From assembly GCF_963921235.1 (NCBI RefSeq), contig NC_086110.1:496001-560000 (forward strand): a stretch of 64,000 nt of DNA. The letters are read 5' to 3'. Within the stretch, counting starts at the first letter, position 1; each line of letters begins with the position of its first letter. Shown piece by piece: positions 53,201 to 64,000 of the stretch. The position numbers and the translations under genes were made by a program. The notes below the pieces were generated by a model that did not search any database, had not been told where the DNA came from, and saw only the letters and a program-made list of their open reading frames with translations. The DNA comes from Mobula hypostoma. Lineage: Eukaryota.

Positions 53201-55839
53201 TTGTTGTTTTCCCGCACTTTACTCTGCATCTTGTTGTTTCCCCGCACTTTACTCTACATCTTGTTGTTTTCCCGCACTTTACTCTGCATCTTGTTGTTTG
53301 CCCACACTTTACTCTGCATCTTGTTGTTTCCCCGCACTTTACTCTGCATCTTGTTGTTTCCCCGCACTTTACTCTGCATCTTGTTGTTTTCCCGCACTTT
53401 ACTCTGCATCTTGTTGTTTCCCCGCACTTTACTCTGCATCTTGTTGTTTCCCCGCACTTTACTCTGCATCTTGTTGTTTGCCCACACTTTACTCTGCATC
53501 TTGTTGTTTCCCCGCACTTTACTCTGCATCTTGTTGTTTCCCCGCACTTTACTCTGCATCTTGTTGTTTGCCCGCACTTTACTCTGCATCTTGTTGTTTC
53601 CCCGCACTTTGCACTGCATCTTGTTATTTCCCCGCACTTTACTCTGCATCTTGTTGTTTTCCTGCACTTTACTCTGCATCTTGTTGTTTTCCCGCACTTT
53701 ACTCTGCATCTTGTTGTTTCCCCGCACTTTACACTGCATCTTGTTGTTTTCCCCGCACTTTACACTGCATCTTGTTGTTTTCCCGCACTTTACTCTGCAT
53801 CTTGTTATTTCCCCGCACTTTACTCTGCATCTTGTTGTTTCCCCGCACTTTACTCTACATCTTGTTGATTTCCCGCACTTTACTCTGCATTTGTATCTGT
53901 TTTACCTTTCTGGCATGCTAAATACAATTTTATTTTCACAGTAGTCCAGTACATGTGACAATAATTCTCAAATGTACCAACTTGCCTGCTTAATGATAGG
54001 GAGTTATAGTTGAACTATATAAACTATATTGTTCCATTTACTCTGGACAGCAAAGGGCAATTGATGCTCTCCTTAGATTCAGAATCGCTTTTTGAATTGT
54101 TACCTAATCTATCATAGCCACTCTAGCCTTACTTTTTCAGCTGTAGACTCTGGAAGTTATTTTCAAAATCAGATACCTTATTCTCCAACTCAATAAAGAG
54201 TTAGACTGTGCTATGGCGGGCCTTCAACACGGGACCGCACACAACACGACTGCTTATTACTGCGTTCCATTTGCATTCCATTGAATCATGAAAGTCCCGT
54301 TCTCTGGACGGTTACGACAAAAACGGATTCGTTATGTCATCACGAATGCACCCCAGCAGCTCTCCGTTTACTGCATTACAGTATATGACTATTGAGTTCA
54401 GGCATGATTATTATGGTACAGTCACACCCGTCTCTGACTTCCATTGCTACATCCACACTAAGGACATAATAGTTTTTAAAAAGCTCACAAGAACACAAGT
54501 GATAAAAGCAGCAGCAGGCCACCTTGCTCGTCGAGCCGACTGCGTTATTCAGCAGCATCATGACTGATCTAGCTGTGATCTCAGATTCAGCTAATCTGTC
54601 TCGTAAGCCTTAATATTCTCGCTGTGCAAAAATCTAACTGTGTCCTAAATAGATTAAATAAGGTAGCCGAAAATGCTCCCCAAGCATAGAATTCGACAAA
54701 AAAAAACTCCTAGAATAGCAGTTTCTGCTCATTTTTGTCCTTAATTCCTCCTCCGAATTGGGGTTATGGCTCCTAGTTCTTCAATATCTGTACCTTACAT
54801 ATATCCCTCCCATTATATTGTATGTTTCCATAAGATATCAGCCCATGCTTCTGAATTACCGCGTACATGCAACTCCCATGCAACTCAATCTATCCCAGGA
54901 GTAATTCACTCCTCTCTGGAATAAAACTTTGAATCTTCATTGAATCGCCTCCGATGCCAGGTTATCCATTCTCAAGTAAGAAAACTACAATTGCACGGTG
55001 TACTTCGGATGCGTCCACAGCCGTGTCATGTGCAATTACTGCTGTTAAATACAAGCCCTCTCTCAACAAAGGAAACCATACCGTTTGCCTTCTCGATAAC
55101 CTCTCTCGTCAGGTAACCAATATCTTGCGATACATTCAAACACTCTCAAGGCCCTCTGTAAAACAGCATGCTGAAACTTTTCAACGTATAATTAATACTC
55201 GATATTCAGTTTTTTTTTCCTTTGAAAGTTGATGATCTCTCATTTGCTAAAGTTGTACACCATCAGCCAAACATTTGCCCGCTTTCTTAAATTTGGGCTT
55301 CTCTGTCGAAAAGAGAAGATTGTTGAAAATTGACTTATTCAAAATTGAGGCGCTCCGTTACCATCTTCACAGGGCATCAAATATTATTTGTATTAACTCA
55401 AGTTATCAATATTTTTTGTTTTGTTATTTTCGATGCGCAAGCCAAGTCTTCTCCATTTATGACTAGAGATCGGTAGAAGAGGATAAAGCAGTTTTACTGT
55501 TTGGTTGCTTCATCAAAGGAAACGCAAGATTTAAATTATAACTGACTTTTCAAAGCTGTCGGCACTTTGTGCGTTGCTGTCATATACAGTACGATGTTCC
55601 TTTTGGGCTATGGCCAAATATTTATTGCAAAAACATACATTTTATTGCTGGAAAAATTATAACAGATTGTTGATGATTTTCAGACAAAGCAATCCGAAGA
55701 TGATCAAAAGCTAACATACGTCACTCTAAATATGGCTCGGGCCAATACGTCCACTATAGTCAGAGATTCTGAACAGAATACAATATATGCCCAGGTATGT
55801 AGAACGAGTAAATTCATCGAGGAACTAGCAAATCAATGA
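37238..55839 (+). CDS. Spliced gene: non-rearranging VJ-C1-TM-ITIM/ITSM Ig-superfamily receptor (SIRP/NITR/PRARP-like), about 317 aa; exons 37238-37283, 37478-37789, 39773-40075, 47348-47446, 47971-48008, 55684-55839
   Basis: Six GT-AG-bounded exons with intron phases 1,1,1,1,0 that join in frame (46+312+303+99+38+156=954 nt) with no internal stop; recognisable leader, V, C1, TM and tyrosine-motif segments. Confidence 0.82.
37478..37789 (+). CDS. Ig V-set domain exon with J-like G strand
   Basis: B-strand Cys (LYC, 37558), C-strand Trp (HWW, 37600), LQINAVTAEDAGVYFC (Cys 37732), NGTGTKLMVY; acceptor ttcccag, donor G|GTGAGT. Confidence 0.93.
38215..38274. repeat. (TATC)n microsatellite in the V-C1 intron
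   Basis: About 14 tandem TATC units. Confidence 0.95.
39255..39535 (+). mobile_element. CR1 3' fragment in the V-C1 intron
   Basis: RMRGDLIEVYKMMRGIDHVDSQRLFP motif. Confidence 0.8.
39773..40075 (+). CDS. Ig C1-set domain exon
   Basis: LICNTAAFFPQGLNITWYKNG ... GLYEASSCL ... YTCQVSH motifs of C1 domains; acceptor ttttatttctag, donor G|GTAAGA, phase 1 both ends. Confidence 0.93.
40292..42090 (-). mobile_element. Young 5'-truncated CR1 with uninterrupted 559-aa RT ORF, in the C1-TM intron
   Basis: ORF 40383-42062 (SKFADD); near-identical to 5167-6968. Confidence 0.95.
42850..43700 (+). mobile_element. Penelope-like element 3' fragment (GIY-YIG remnant + terminal repeat)
   Basis: Decayed RS.CGLL.I.E.R GIY-YIG-region sequence and terminal gaaacgtcgac motif. 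Confidence 0.6.
44802..46309 (+). mobile_element. TG..CA-type LTR-like element with internal tandem repeats
   Basis: Starts tgtcatggtccgg; 30-bp repeats 45192-45490 and degenerate about 46-bp repeats 45740-46020; related to 56879-57768. No clean TSD. Confidence 0.55.
46640..47200 (+). mobile_element. Rex1/Babar-like LINE RT fragment
   Basis: Decayed LF.DFTSAFNT, VRFFD..TV.GLITNND.TAYR.EV motifs. Confidence 0.6.
47348..47446 (+). CDS. Stalk + transmembrane exon DSGEYNSFDQRIYGYLGTGIILFLTVIFIVIGR
   Basis: About 21 hydrophobic residues with no charged residue; acceptor attacag, donor G|GTAAGA; phase 1 matches the C1 exon. Confidence 0.82.
47971..48008 (+). CDS. Juxtamembrane cytoplasmic mini-exon (G)MRRMSNGRDNTR
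   Basis: Pyrimidine tract + CTAG acceptor, strong donor AGG|GTAAGG, 38 nt converting phase 1 to phase 0 as needed; basic residues after the TM. Confidence 0.7.
48719..53890. repeat. 30-bp satellite array, about 170 copies, in the last coding intron
   Basis: Unit catcttgttgttt(t/c)cccgcactttactctg with sporadic 29-bp variants. Confidence 0.98.
55684..55839 (+). CDS. Signalling exon with ITIM LTYVTL and ITSM TIYAQV
   Basis: TKQSEDDQKLTYVTLNMARANTSTIVRDSEQNTIYAQVCRTSKFIEELANQ*; phase-0 acceptor ttttcag (in-frame alternative at 55666); Tyr residues 23 aa apart. Confidence 0.72.
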   Translation, partial: TKQSEDDQKLTYVTLNMARANTSTIVRDSEQNTIYAQVCRTSKFIEELANQ

Positions 55840-56589
55840 TAAAATAATTTTAAACAATGGTCATTGCTGTATTTATGATTTTGTGTTTTTCCATGTAACA
55901 GAATGCAGTCTCGCGCATTTAAACACGCTCACTTTGTCTCTTTAGTTTTATTGCAATTGATTGGTGCTATTCGATGTCGCTGGCCGGGACAGACTTTATT
56001 GCCTATTATTTCCATTGAGTAGGTGTTGGTGGCAGCCGCCTTGAACAGTTTCAATCCATCTGCTAGGTTCACCCTGCTATTGGGAGATAGTTTTCAATGT
56101 ATGGCATGTGACGATGGAGAAAATGATGGAATACACCCAACATAGGGCAGTGAGAGTTTCTCATACCTCCCATGACGAGAGTGAAAACATAGGTCAATAG
56201 ACTAATAATAATGACATGGTTGTTTTACATTGAATTGTGCTAATTTTCTGGAGAGTTGTCGAAACTGCACTTACCTGAAGCAGTGAAGTTAATTCTGCCA
56301 CGCCATATTTATGGTTTGGAGAAAGAGGAAAGATTTTGCAATGTCTGGAGTTGAGTCGCTTACTCCAAGGTTTCCAAGTTTTGAAACGCTATGATATTTA
56401 CGTGGCTAGTCCAGTCAAATTAATAGTTCGTGATGACCATCAGGGAGTTAATTTCACCTGGTTCAGATATGGCTTTGGTGCGGAGTGAGAGACATTAAAG
56501 CGGGACGATAGTTCACAAACTTTAAGACCACGATATATAGAACAGATTTAGGCCATCTGGATCATCATGTCTGTTCCACCAGTTCATCT

Positions 56590-59230
56590 TGGGGTCAGGG
56601 GGTATGGAGGGAAGGCTGGGGCGGGGTTCTGAGTTGGATGATCAGCCATGATCATAATAAATGGCGGTGCAGGCTCGAAGGGCCGAATGGTCTACTCCTG
56701 CACCTATTTTCTATGTTTCTATGTTTCTCCCTAAATCCCTTCATGCCTTGACCAATTAAGTTCGATCAAACTTTGCCTATAAATATGAATAAGGATATGG
56801 CCTCCACAGTTGCCTGTAGCAAAGAAATCCATATGTTCACCAGTCTCTGGCTAAAGAAATTCCTCCTTATCTCATTTCTGTTACACGTGCGGAGCAAGGA
56901 TGGACCCAAATACAGGACACAAACACGTTTAGTAGGGTTAACTAAATTGAGGTCATTCCTCGTTACAAGGAGAGCAAAGCGGAAGTGGGAATAACGTAAT
57001 GGACAAGGACTCAAGGTCCGGGCTAGGACTCGGAACACGGACCCCGGAGCCAGGACTTGATACTTGGAACCCCGGAGCCAGGACCTGATACTTGAATCTC
57101 AGAGCTTGGAGTTGGAACTCAAACACAAGACAATGAACACCGAGCCGGAGCTCCTGCTTTGACACAGGATATGGAGCCAGTACTCATCTTATTTATTGGA
57201 CAGCCTCAGACACAGGACGTAAAACACTGAGCCGGGAATCCTCCTTAGACACAGGACAGAGTCTGGACTCTTCTAGACACAGGGTCAGGATCCTTCTAGA
57301 GTACAGGGCCACGACCCCTTTTTAGACACAGGACATGGATACGGAGACGACACGACGATAGGCAGTACTATTAAAGGCCACAAATTTCGCTCCAAGCAGC
57401 GGCGAGCTCTTGACTTATCCCGGCGGGTTAAATTTGACGGACCCGCTTTGGCAAGGGAAGGCGGCTTGCTGGCACTTACTTCGGTAAGACAGTTATCTTG
57501 CTTGGGCAAGAAACTTAGTTGGCTCCGGCCAGATGTCATTTGCTCGCACTAGCTTCGGTGATTTCGTTAAAGCCCCAGAAAGCTCTCGCGCCGAACGGCA
57601 AAAGTCCGAGACTTATAAATTGCCGGTTCAGTTGAGAGTAAATTGCCTTTAATCACCAAGCCCGAGGGACACGGGAAAACAGGGAATTAAAGGGAAACAG
57701 GGAGTCAACGGTCCGGTTCGTAAAACAAAGAAAGTAAATTTAAAGTGAACGTGATCCGGACCATGCCAGTTCTAAAAGCACGTCCTTCTATTCTGTAGTT
57801 ATGTCCTCTGGTCTTAGATAATCCCACAATAGGAACTATCTTCCCCAGGTCCACACCAACGAGCCCTTCCACCATTCGGTAGGTTCCAATGAAGTCTCTC
57901 CTCTTTCTTTTGAATCCTGGTAAATACTGGCCCAGAGCCATCAAGCACTCTTCACATGATAAGCCATTGAATCCTGGAATCATTCTTATTAACCTCCTTT
58001 GAACCCTGTCCAATTTCAGCATATGTTGTCTAAGATAAGGGGCCCAAAGCTGCTCACTATATTCCAAGTGAGTCCTCACTAGTGCTTTATAACATTTCAA
58101 AATCACTTCTTTTCTTTTATATTCTAGTCCTCTTGAAAGAAATGTTAAGTTTGCATTCGCCTTCCTCACAAAAGACTCAACCTGCAAATTAACCTTTATG
58201 AAATCATGTACAAGGACGACCGAGTCCTTTTGCACATCAGACTTTTCTATTTTCTCTCCATTTAGAAAATGTTCAGCCCTTCCATTTCCTCTAGCAAAGA
58301 GCATGGTTATGCACTTCACAACACAACTGTCTTCAGTTTCTTTGCCCATACTCCTAATCTGTCAGAGACCTTTTGCAGCCTCTCTCGGTCCTCAAAATTG
58401 TCTGCATCTCCACCTATCTACATATTGTCTGCAAATTTTGCAACAAAGCCATATATTCTATCATCCAAGTCATTGATATATAATGTAAAAATATTTGGTT
58501 CCATCACAGACCCCGTGGAAGATCACTAGTCACCGGCAGCCTGACAGAAAAAAAAACTCCTTCATTCTCACCCTTCATCTCCAGGCAATCAGCTACTGCT
58601 TTATTCATGCTAGAATCTATCCTGTAATACCATGGGCCCGTAGCTTGTTTAGCAGTCTCATGTGTGCCACCTTGTCAACGGCTTTCTGATAGTCCAAGTA
58701 CACAACATCAATCGATTCTCCTTTGTCTATCCTGCTGGTTATTTCTTCAAAGAATTCCAGCTGATTTGTCAGGCAATTTTCCCCTTGGGGAATCAATGCT
58801 GACTACGATCTATTTCAACATGCGCCTCAAGTAACCTGAGACCTCATCCTTAGCAGTGAACACTAACATCTTCCCGACCAATGCTGTCAGACTAACTGGC
58901 CTATAGCTTCCCTTTTTTCAGCTTTTATTCCTTCTTCAAGAGTGAAGTGACATTTGCAATTTTCTAGTCTTCTGGAGCTATTCCAGAATCTACTGATGCT
59001 TGAAATATCATTATTAATGACCGTATAATCAACTCAAGCACCTCTTTTAGAACTCTTGGGTGTGCGCCATCTGAGCCATACTTATCTACATAAAAACCCT
59101 TCAGTTTCCCAAGGACCTTCCGTCTAGTTATTGTAACTTCACAAACTTCATGCCTTTTGACATTTGGGACTTCTACCATACTGATAGTGTCTTCCACAGT
59201 GAAGACTAATGCAACGTATTTATTATGGGT
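56590..59230. mobile_element. CR1 3' end (+, 56590-56730) abutting a CR1 RT fragment (-, 56730-59230)
   Basis: First part is the reverse complement of the 5167/40292 tail; second part gives the decayed RT ORF 57705-58349. Confidence 0.8.
56879..57768 (-). mobile_element. LTR-like element related to 44802-46309, inserted in CR1
   Basis: Minus strand begins tggcatggtccgg and ends gtgtaaca; CR1 ctcat..tctg / ttctaaa resumes across it. Confidence 0.6.
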
Positions 59231-59639
59231 AGTTAATTTGAATGTCCCCTTAAGTTCATTGTCCAGTTTTGCCTGATAACACTGACATTTACATTCCTAT
59301 AAGTTGGGCTTTGTGTCCATGCTTGGACCATTGCTAAGATGAGTTTTGGAGCCAAACGTATCTGGCGATACAATGGGATAAACCGGTGAGCAGATTGCAA
59401 GTGAGTAAGTGAATCTTTCATAGCTGTCCTAATGACCAAGAACCGAATGGTTTGTTGGAAGTTAGCCTTGTTGTATTTTGCCACGGCTTCTGAAAAGGGT
59501 AATTTTAACATTGTTACCGTTTGAAGCCAATATAATAACTGCACAGTGAACGCTTGGCTGTACTTTGGATTATATTTTCTTCCCATGTATTCCTCTATTC
59601 TGAGACTATTGGATACTGGCAGTAATCTCGGCATCATTG

Positions 59640-62290
59640 CCTGTGCAACGTGACAGTGCAGGAATAGAATAAGTGGAGGATAAATGCGTGGTTCAGGGAT
59701 TGGAGCAGGCGGCAGAGATTCAGAATTCTGGATCACTGGGAACTCTTCTGGGGCAGGTGTGACCTGTACCAAATGGACTGGGTTGCATTTGAATCTGAGG
59801 GGGACCGACATTCTGGCGGGAAGGTTTGCTAAGGCGACTGGGGGGAGTTTAAATTAGATTTGCTGAGGCGTGGGAACCGAGCAGAAGTGATGGAGAAAAG
59901 GGAGGGTGGCTCATAAATAGAGAAAGCGTGGAAACAATGTGAAAAGGAGGCTAGACAGAGAAGGGACGCGCTCAGACCGATATTTTGAGATGTGTCATTT
60001 TAATGCGAGGAGTATCATGAATAAAGCGGATGAGCTTAAAGCGTAGATCAGTACTTGGAGGGATGATGTTGTGGCCATTACAGAGACTTGGATGGTGCAG
60101 CGGCAAGAATGGCTACTTCAAATGCCAGGCTTTAGATGTTTCATAAAAGAAACAGGGAGGAGGCAGAAAAGATGGGGCGTGGCACTCTTGATCAGAGAGT
60201 GTATCACGGCTGCAGATAAGGAGGAAGTCATGGAGGAGTTGTCTACGGAATCTCTGTGGGTGGAATCTAGGAATAGGAAAGGGGTCAATAACTCTACTGG
60301 GTGTTATTATAGATCACCCAATATTAACAGGCACATCGTGGAGCAGAAAGGGAGACAGGTTCTGGAAAGGAGTAATAATTACAGGGTTGTAGTGGTGGGA
60401 GATTGCAATTTCCCAAATATTAATTGATATCTCGCTAGACTGAGGGGTTTAGATGTGATAGAGTTTGTTAGGTGTGTTCAGGAAGATTTCTTGACAAAAT
60501 ATGTAGATAAACCAACAAGAGGAAAGGCTGTACTTGATCTGGTAGTGGGAAATGAACCTGGTCAGGTGTCAGGTCTCTCAGTGGGAGAGCATTTTTGAGA
60601 TAGTGATCACAATTCTATCTCCTTTACTATAGCATTGGAGAGGGGTAGGAACAGCCAAGTTAGGGAAATGTTTAATTGGAGTAAGGGGCAATATGATGCT
60701 GTCAGGCAGGATCTTGGAAGTTGGAAATGTGGCTAACGTTCAGGGGATATTTGCGTGGGAAACTGCATAGAGCCTCTGGCAATGATCTTTGCATCATCAA
60801 TGAGAATGAGAGATGTGCTGGAAGTTTGGAGGGTTGCGGATGTTTTTCCCTCATTCATGATAGTGAGTAGGGATAGCCCAGGACATTATAGGCCAGTGAG
60901 TCTTTTTTCAGTGGGTGCTAAGTTGATGGAGAAGATCCTGAGAGACAGGTTTTATGAACATTTGGAGAGGCATTATATGATTAAGAATAGGCAGCATGAC
61001 TTTGTCAAAAGCAGGACGTGCTTTACGAGACTGACTGATTTTTTTGGGGGTATGTGACTAAACACATTGAAGGTAGAACAGTAGATGTAGTGTAGATGGA
61101 TTTCAGCAAGGCATTTGATAAGTTACCCCAAGCAAGGCTTATTGGGACAGTAAGAAGGTATCGGATCCAAGGAGACATTGCTTTGTGAATCTAGAACTGG
61201 CTTGCCCACAGAAAGCAAAGAGTGGTTTAGACGATCATATTCTGCATGGAGGCCCGTGACCAGTGGTGTGCCTCAGGGATCTGTTCTCGGACCCTTACTC
61301 TTTGTGATTTTTATAAATGACCTGGATGAGGAAGTGGAGGGATGGGTTAGTAAATTTGATGATGGCACAAAGTTTGAGGGTGTTATGGATATTGCGAAGT
61401 GCTGTCAGAGGTTACAATGGGATATTGATAGGATGCTAAACTGGGCTGAGAATTAGCAGATGGAATTCAATCCAGATAAATGTGAGGTAGTTCATTTTGG
61501 TAGGTCAAATATGAGGGCAGAATGTAGTATTAATGGTAAGAGTCTTGGCAATGTTGAGGATCAGAGGGATCTTGGGGTCCGAGTCCAGAGGTAATGTTGC
61601 AGCTATATAGGACCCTGGTCAGACGCCACTTGGAGTACTGCTCTGAATTCTGGCCGCTTCCCGACAAGAAGCACGTGGAAACCATAGAAAGGGTGCACAG
61701 CAGATTTACAAGGATGTTGCCTGGATTGCGTAGCATACCTTATGAGAATAGATTGAATGAACTCGGCCTTTTCTCCTTGCAGCGACGAGGCTGAGAGGTG
61801 ACCTGATGCAGGTGTGCAAGATAATGAGATGCATTGATCGCGTGTAGAGGAAAAGATTTTTTCCCAGGGCTGAATTGGCTTGCACGAGAGGGCATAGTTT
61901 TAAGGTAACACTCACATCACGCTGGAGGAACTCAGCAGGTCGGGCAGCATCCGTGGAAACGTCGACTGATCGACCTGCTGAGTTCCTCCAGCGTGTTCTG
62001 AGTTTTGCTTTGACCCCAGCATCGGCAGATTATTTTGTGTTTATAGTTTTAAGGTGCTTGGAAGTAGGTACAGAGAGATGTCAGGGGTAAGTTTTTTTAC
62101 ACAGAGAATGGTGCGTGCGTAGAATGGGCTGCTGGCGGTGGTGGTGGAGGCGGAAACGACAGGGTCTTTTAAGAGACTGCTGGATAGCAGCATGGAGCTT
62201 AGAAAAATAGAGGGCTATTGGTAAACCCTAGGTCTTTCTAAGGTAAGGACATGTTCGGCACAGCTTTGTGCTGTATGTCTCCAATATTTC
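59640..62290 (+). mobile_element. Decayed CR1 ORF2 with internal deletions
   Basis: EN (FNARSI, AITETW, VGDCN) and RT ([14 protein letters not shown]) fragments, 3' UTR. Confidence 0.85.
61907..62042. mobile_element. Short palindromic Penelope-terminus-derived insert with 13-bp TSD
   Basis: 24-bp perfect inverted repeat 61919-61942 / 61971-61994; ATAGTTTTAAGGT duplicated at 61894-61906 and 62043-62055. Confidence 0.8.
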
Positions 62291-62349
62291 TATGTTAATA
62301 TCGAATTTGACACAGTTTCTGTGATGCCGCGAGTAATTTGGAGGATTTC

Positions 62350-64000
62350 ATAGAGTCATTGGGTCGGAGAGTTACAGAAAACTACAGCACAGAAACGAAC
62401 CCTTCGGCCCATCCAGATCACTCAAACGATTTAAACTGCCTCGTCCCAATTGACCCGACCTCCTGATAATAGCCCTCCACAGTTCTCTCATCAATATACC
62501 TGTGCAAACTTCTCTTTAACGTTGAAGTCCATGTGGATAACATCTACTGCCTGGCGTTAATTAACGTTCCTGGGAACATCCTCGAAAAACTCTGTAGGAT
62601 TATTTAGGCACGACCTGCCAAGGACAAAGGCATGCTGATTACTCCTAATCAGTCGCTGTCTATACAAATACTTATATATCCAGTCTAATAGAATGCCTTC
62701 AGATAGATATCTCTCTATTGGTGTTAAGCTCACCAGCCTAAAATTTTCTGTTTTATTTTCGATCCTTTCTTAAACATGGAACGACATTAGCTGTTCTCCA
62801 ATTCTCCAATATCTCGCCTGTTCCTAAGGATGATTTAAATATCTCTGCGAAGACCTCTGGAGATTCTAGACTTGACAAGGGAAAACTTTGCATACCCTGG
62901 TGGTTTTTCCTTTCTAATTTGCCTCAAGACGGCAAACACTTCCTCTTTCTTTGTAAGGTGCACAGGATTCATAACCTCGCTGGTGCTTCGCGTCACTTCT
63001 ATAGACGCCGTATTCGTCTCCCGAGCTAATAAAGATGTTAAACCTCCATGCAAAGTCTCACACACCCATTTTGGCTACAGGCAATGACTATTATTCTGAT
63101 TTTTCAAAGGACGAATTTTATCCGTTGCAGATATTTTCTCTTAACGTATCTGCAGAAGACCCTGAAATTCTCCTTCACCTTGTCTGCTAGAGCACTCGCG
63201 TCTTCCTTAAGCCATCCTGATCTCTGTCTTGAATATCCCCTTACATTTCTTAGACTTCTCAAGCACTTAATTCACTCCTACCTGCCTATAGTTGCCTTAC
63301 ACTTCATTTAGTGCTCTGCACTTTCTTTATTTTATTTAACTAGGTCCTCAATATCTCTGGAAAACCAAGGTTCTCCAAACCTGTCATCCTTGGCCTTTAT
63401 TATGACAGACAATGGAAATTTCAGTTTCGAAGTATTATCACTTACCACGTACAGATTTGCCAGAAAGCAGCGAATCCCAATCCATACTTGTCAGATACAT
63501 TCGGAGTGGCAAAGGCGGCTTTTCTTCTGTTTAAAATTTCAGCCCAAGCAACAGACCCATCCCCTTTCTATAACTGCATTTAAACTAATGTCATTATGAT
63601 CATAGTGTTCCCCGATACAAACTTCTTTCACCTGCCGTGTATCTTTCCCTAATGGGATATCAGGAATTGGACACTATATCACACAAATTTCTAGAGGAAC
63701 TCAGCAGTCGAGGCAGCATCTATGGAAAAGAATACAGTCGATGTTATTGGCCAGCTCTCAGCTCAAAACGTCTACTGTCCTCCAGCATTTTGTCTATATT
63801 GCTTGGATTCCAGCATCTGCAGATTTTCTCTTGTTTCTGACTACACAGCATCTCGTTGGGATTTCCATGCAACGATTGAGGAGACGCCCTTGAGCACATT
63901 TCACAAACTGAATCCAATCTAGTGCTTTTACAGTATGGGCGTCCCAGACAATATGTGGAAATTGAAAATCATTTACTGTCGCAGCCTTATATTTCTGGCA
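62350..64000 (-). mobile_element. Decayed CR1 fragments with another palindromic insert (about 63676-63830)
   Basis: CR1 tail at about 62370, EVMNPVH..KEEV.AVLRQI motif, EN remnants at the window end. Confidence 0.7.

Noticed and set aside
48719-53890. CRISPR-like or RSS-like array
   Set aside because: Head-to-tail units with no unique spacers and no heptamer/nonamer; eukaryotic satellite.
48651-53944. Many very long ORFs (up to 946 aa) on both strands
   Set aside because: Artefacts of a stop-free 30-bp tandem unit (10-aa period); no non-repetitive coding context.
53925-53965. Strong-looking acceptor ttttattttcacag after the satellite
   Set aside because: Phase-0 use gives an immediate TAG, there is no good downstream donor, and the context resembles a LINE/SINE 3' tail (gtacatgtgacaataa).
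54141-54197. Possible alternative terminal exon AVDSGSYFQNQIPYSPTQ* after tactttttcag, overlapping AATAAA
   Set aside because: It is phase 1, so it would need skipping of the 38-nt exon; no motif or other support.

Overview
Repeat-dense eukaryotic genomic window, most likely from a cartilaginous fish (batoid-like CR1, Rex1, Penelope, Tc1 and Gmr1 repeats; inference). Most of it is nested, decayed mobile DNA: a broken gamma/epsilon-type endogenous retrovirus, many CR1 LINEs, a Tc1 transposon, a TSD-flanked Gmr1-type LTR retrotransposon, solo LTRs, Penelope ends with hammerhead-like motifs and a 5.2-kb 30-bp satellite. Within it I can assemble one apparently intact six-exon host gene on the + strand (37238-55839, about 317 aa). 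It encodes leader / Ig V domain with a germline-encoded J-like G strand / single Ig C1 domain / uncharged TM / ITIM + ITSM tail, i.e. a non-rearranging, antigen-receptor-shaped inhibitory receptor (SIRP/NITR/PRARP-VJC1-like). All splice phases are consistent by eye; the TM, juxtamembrane and signalling exons were joined by hand and need transcript confirmation.
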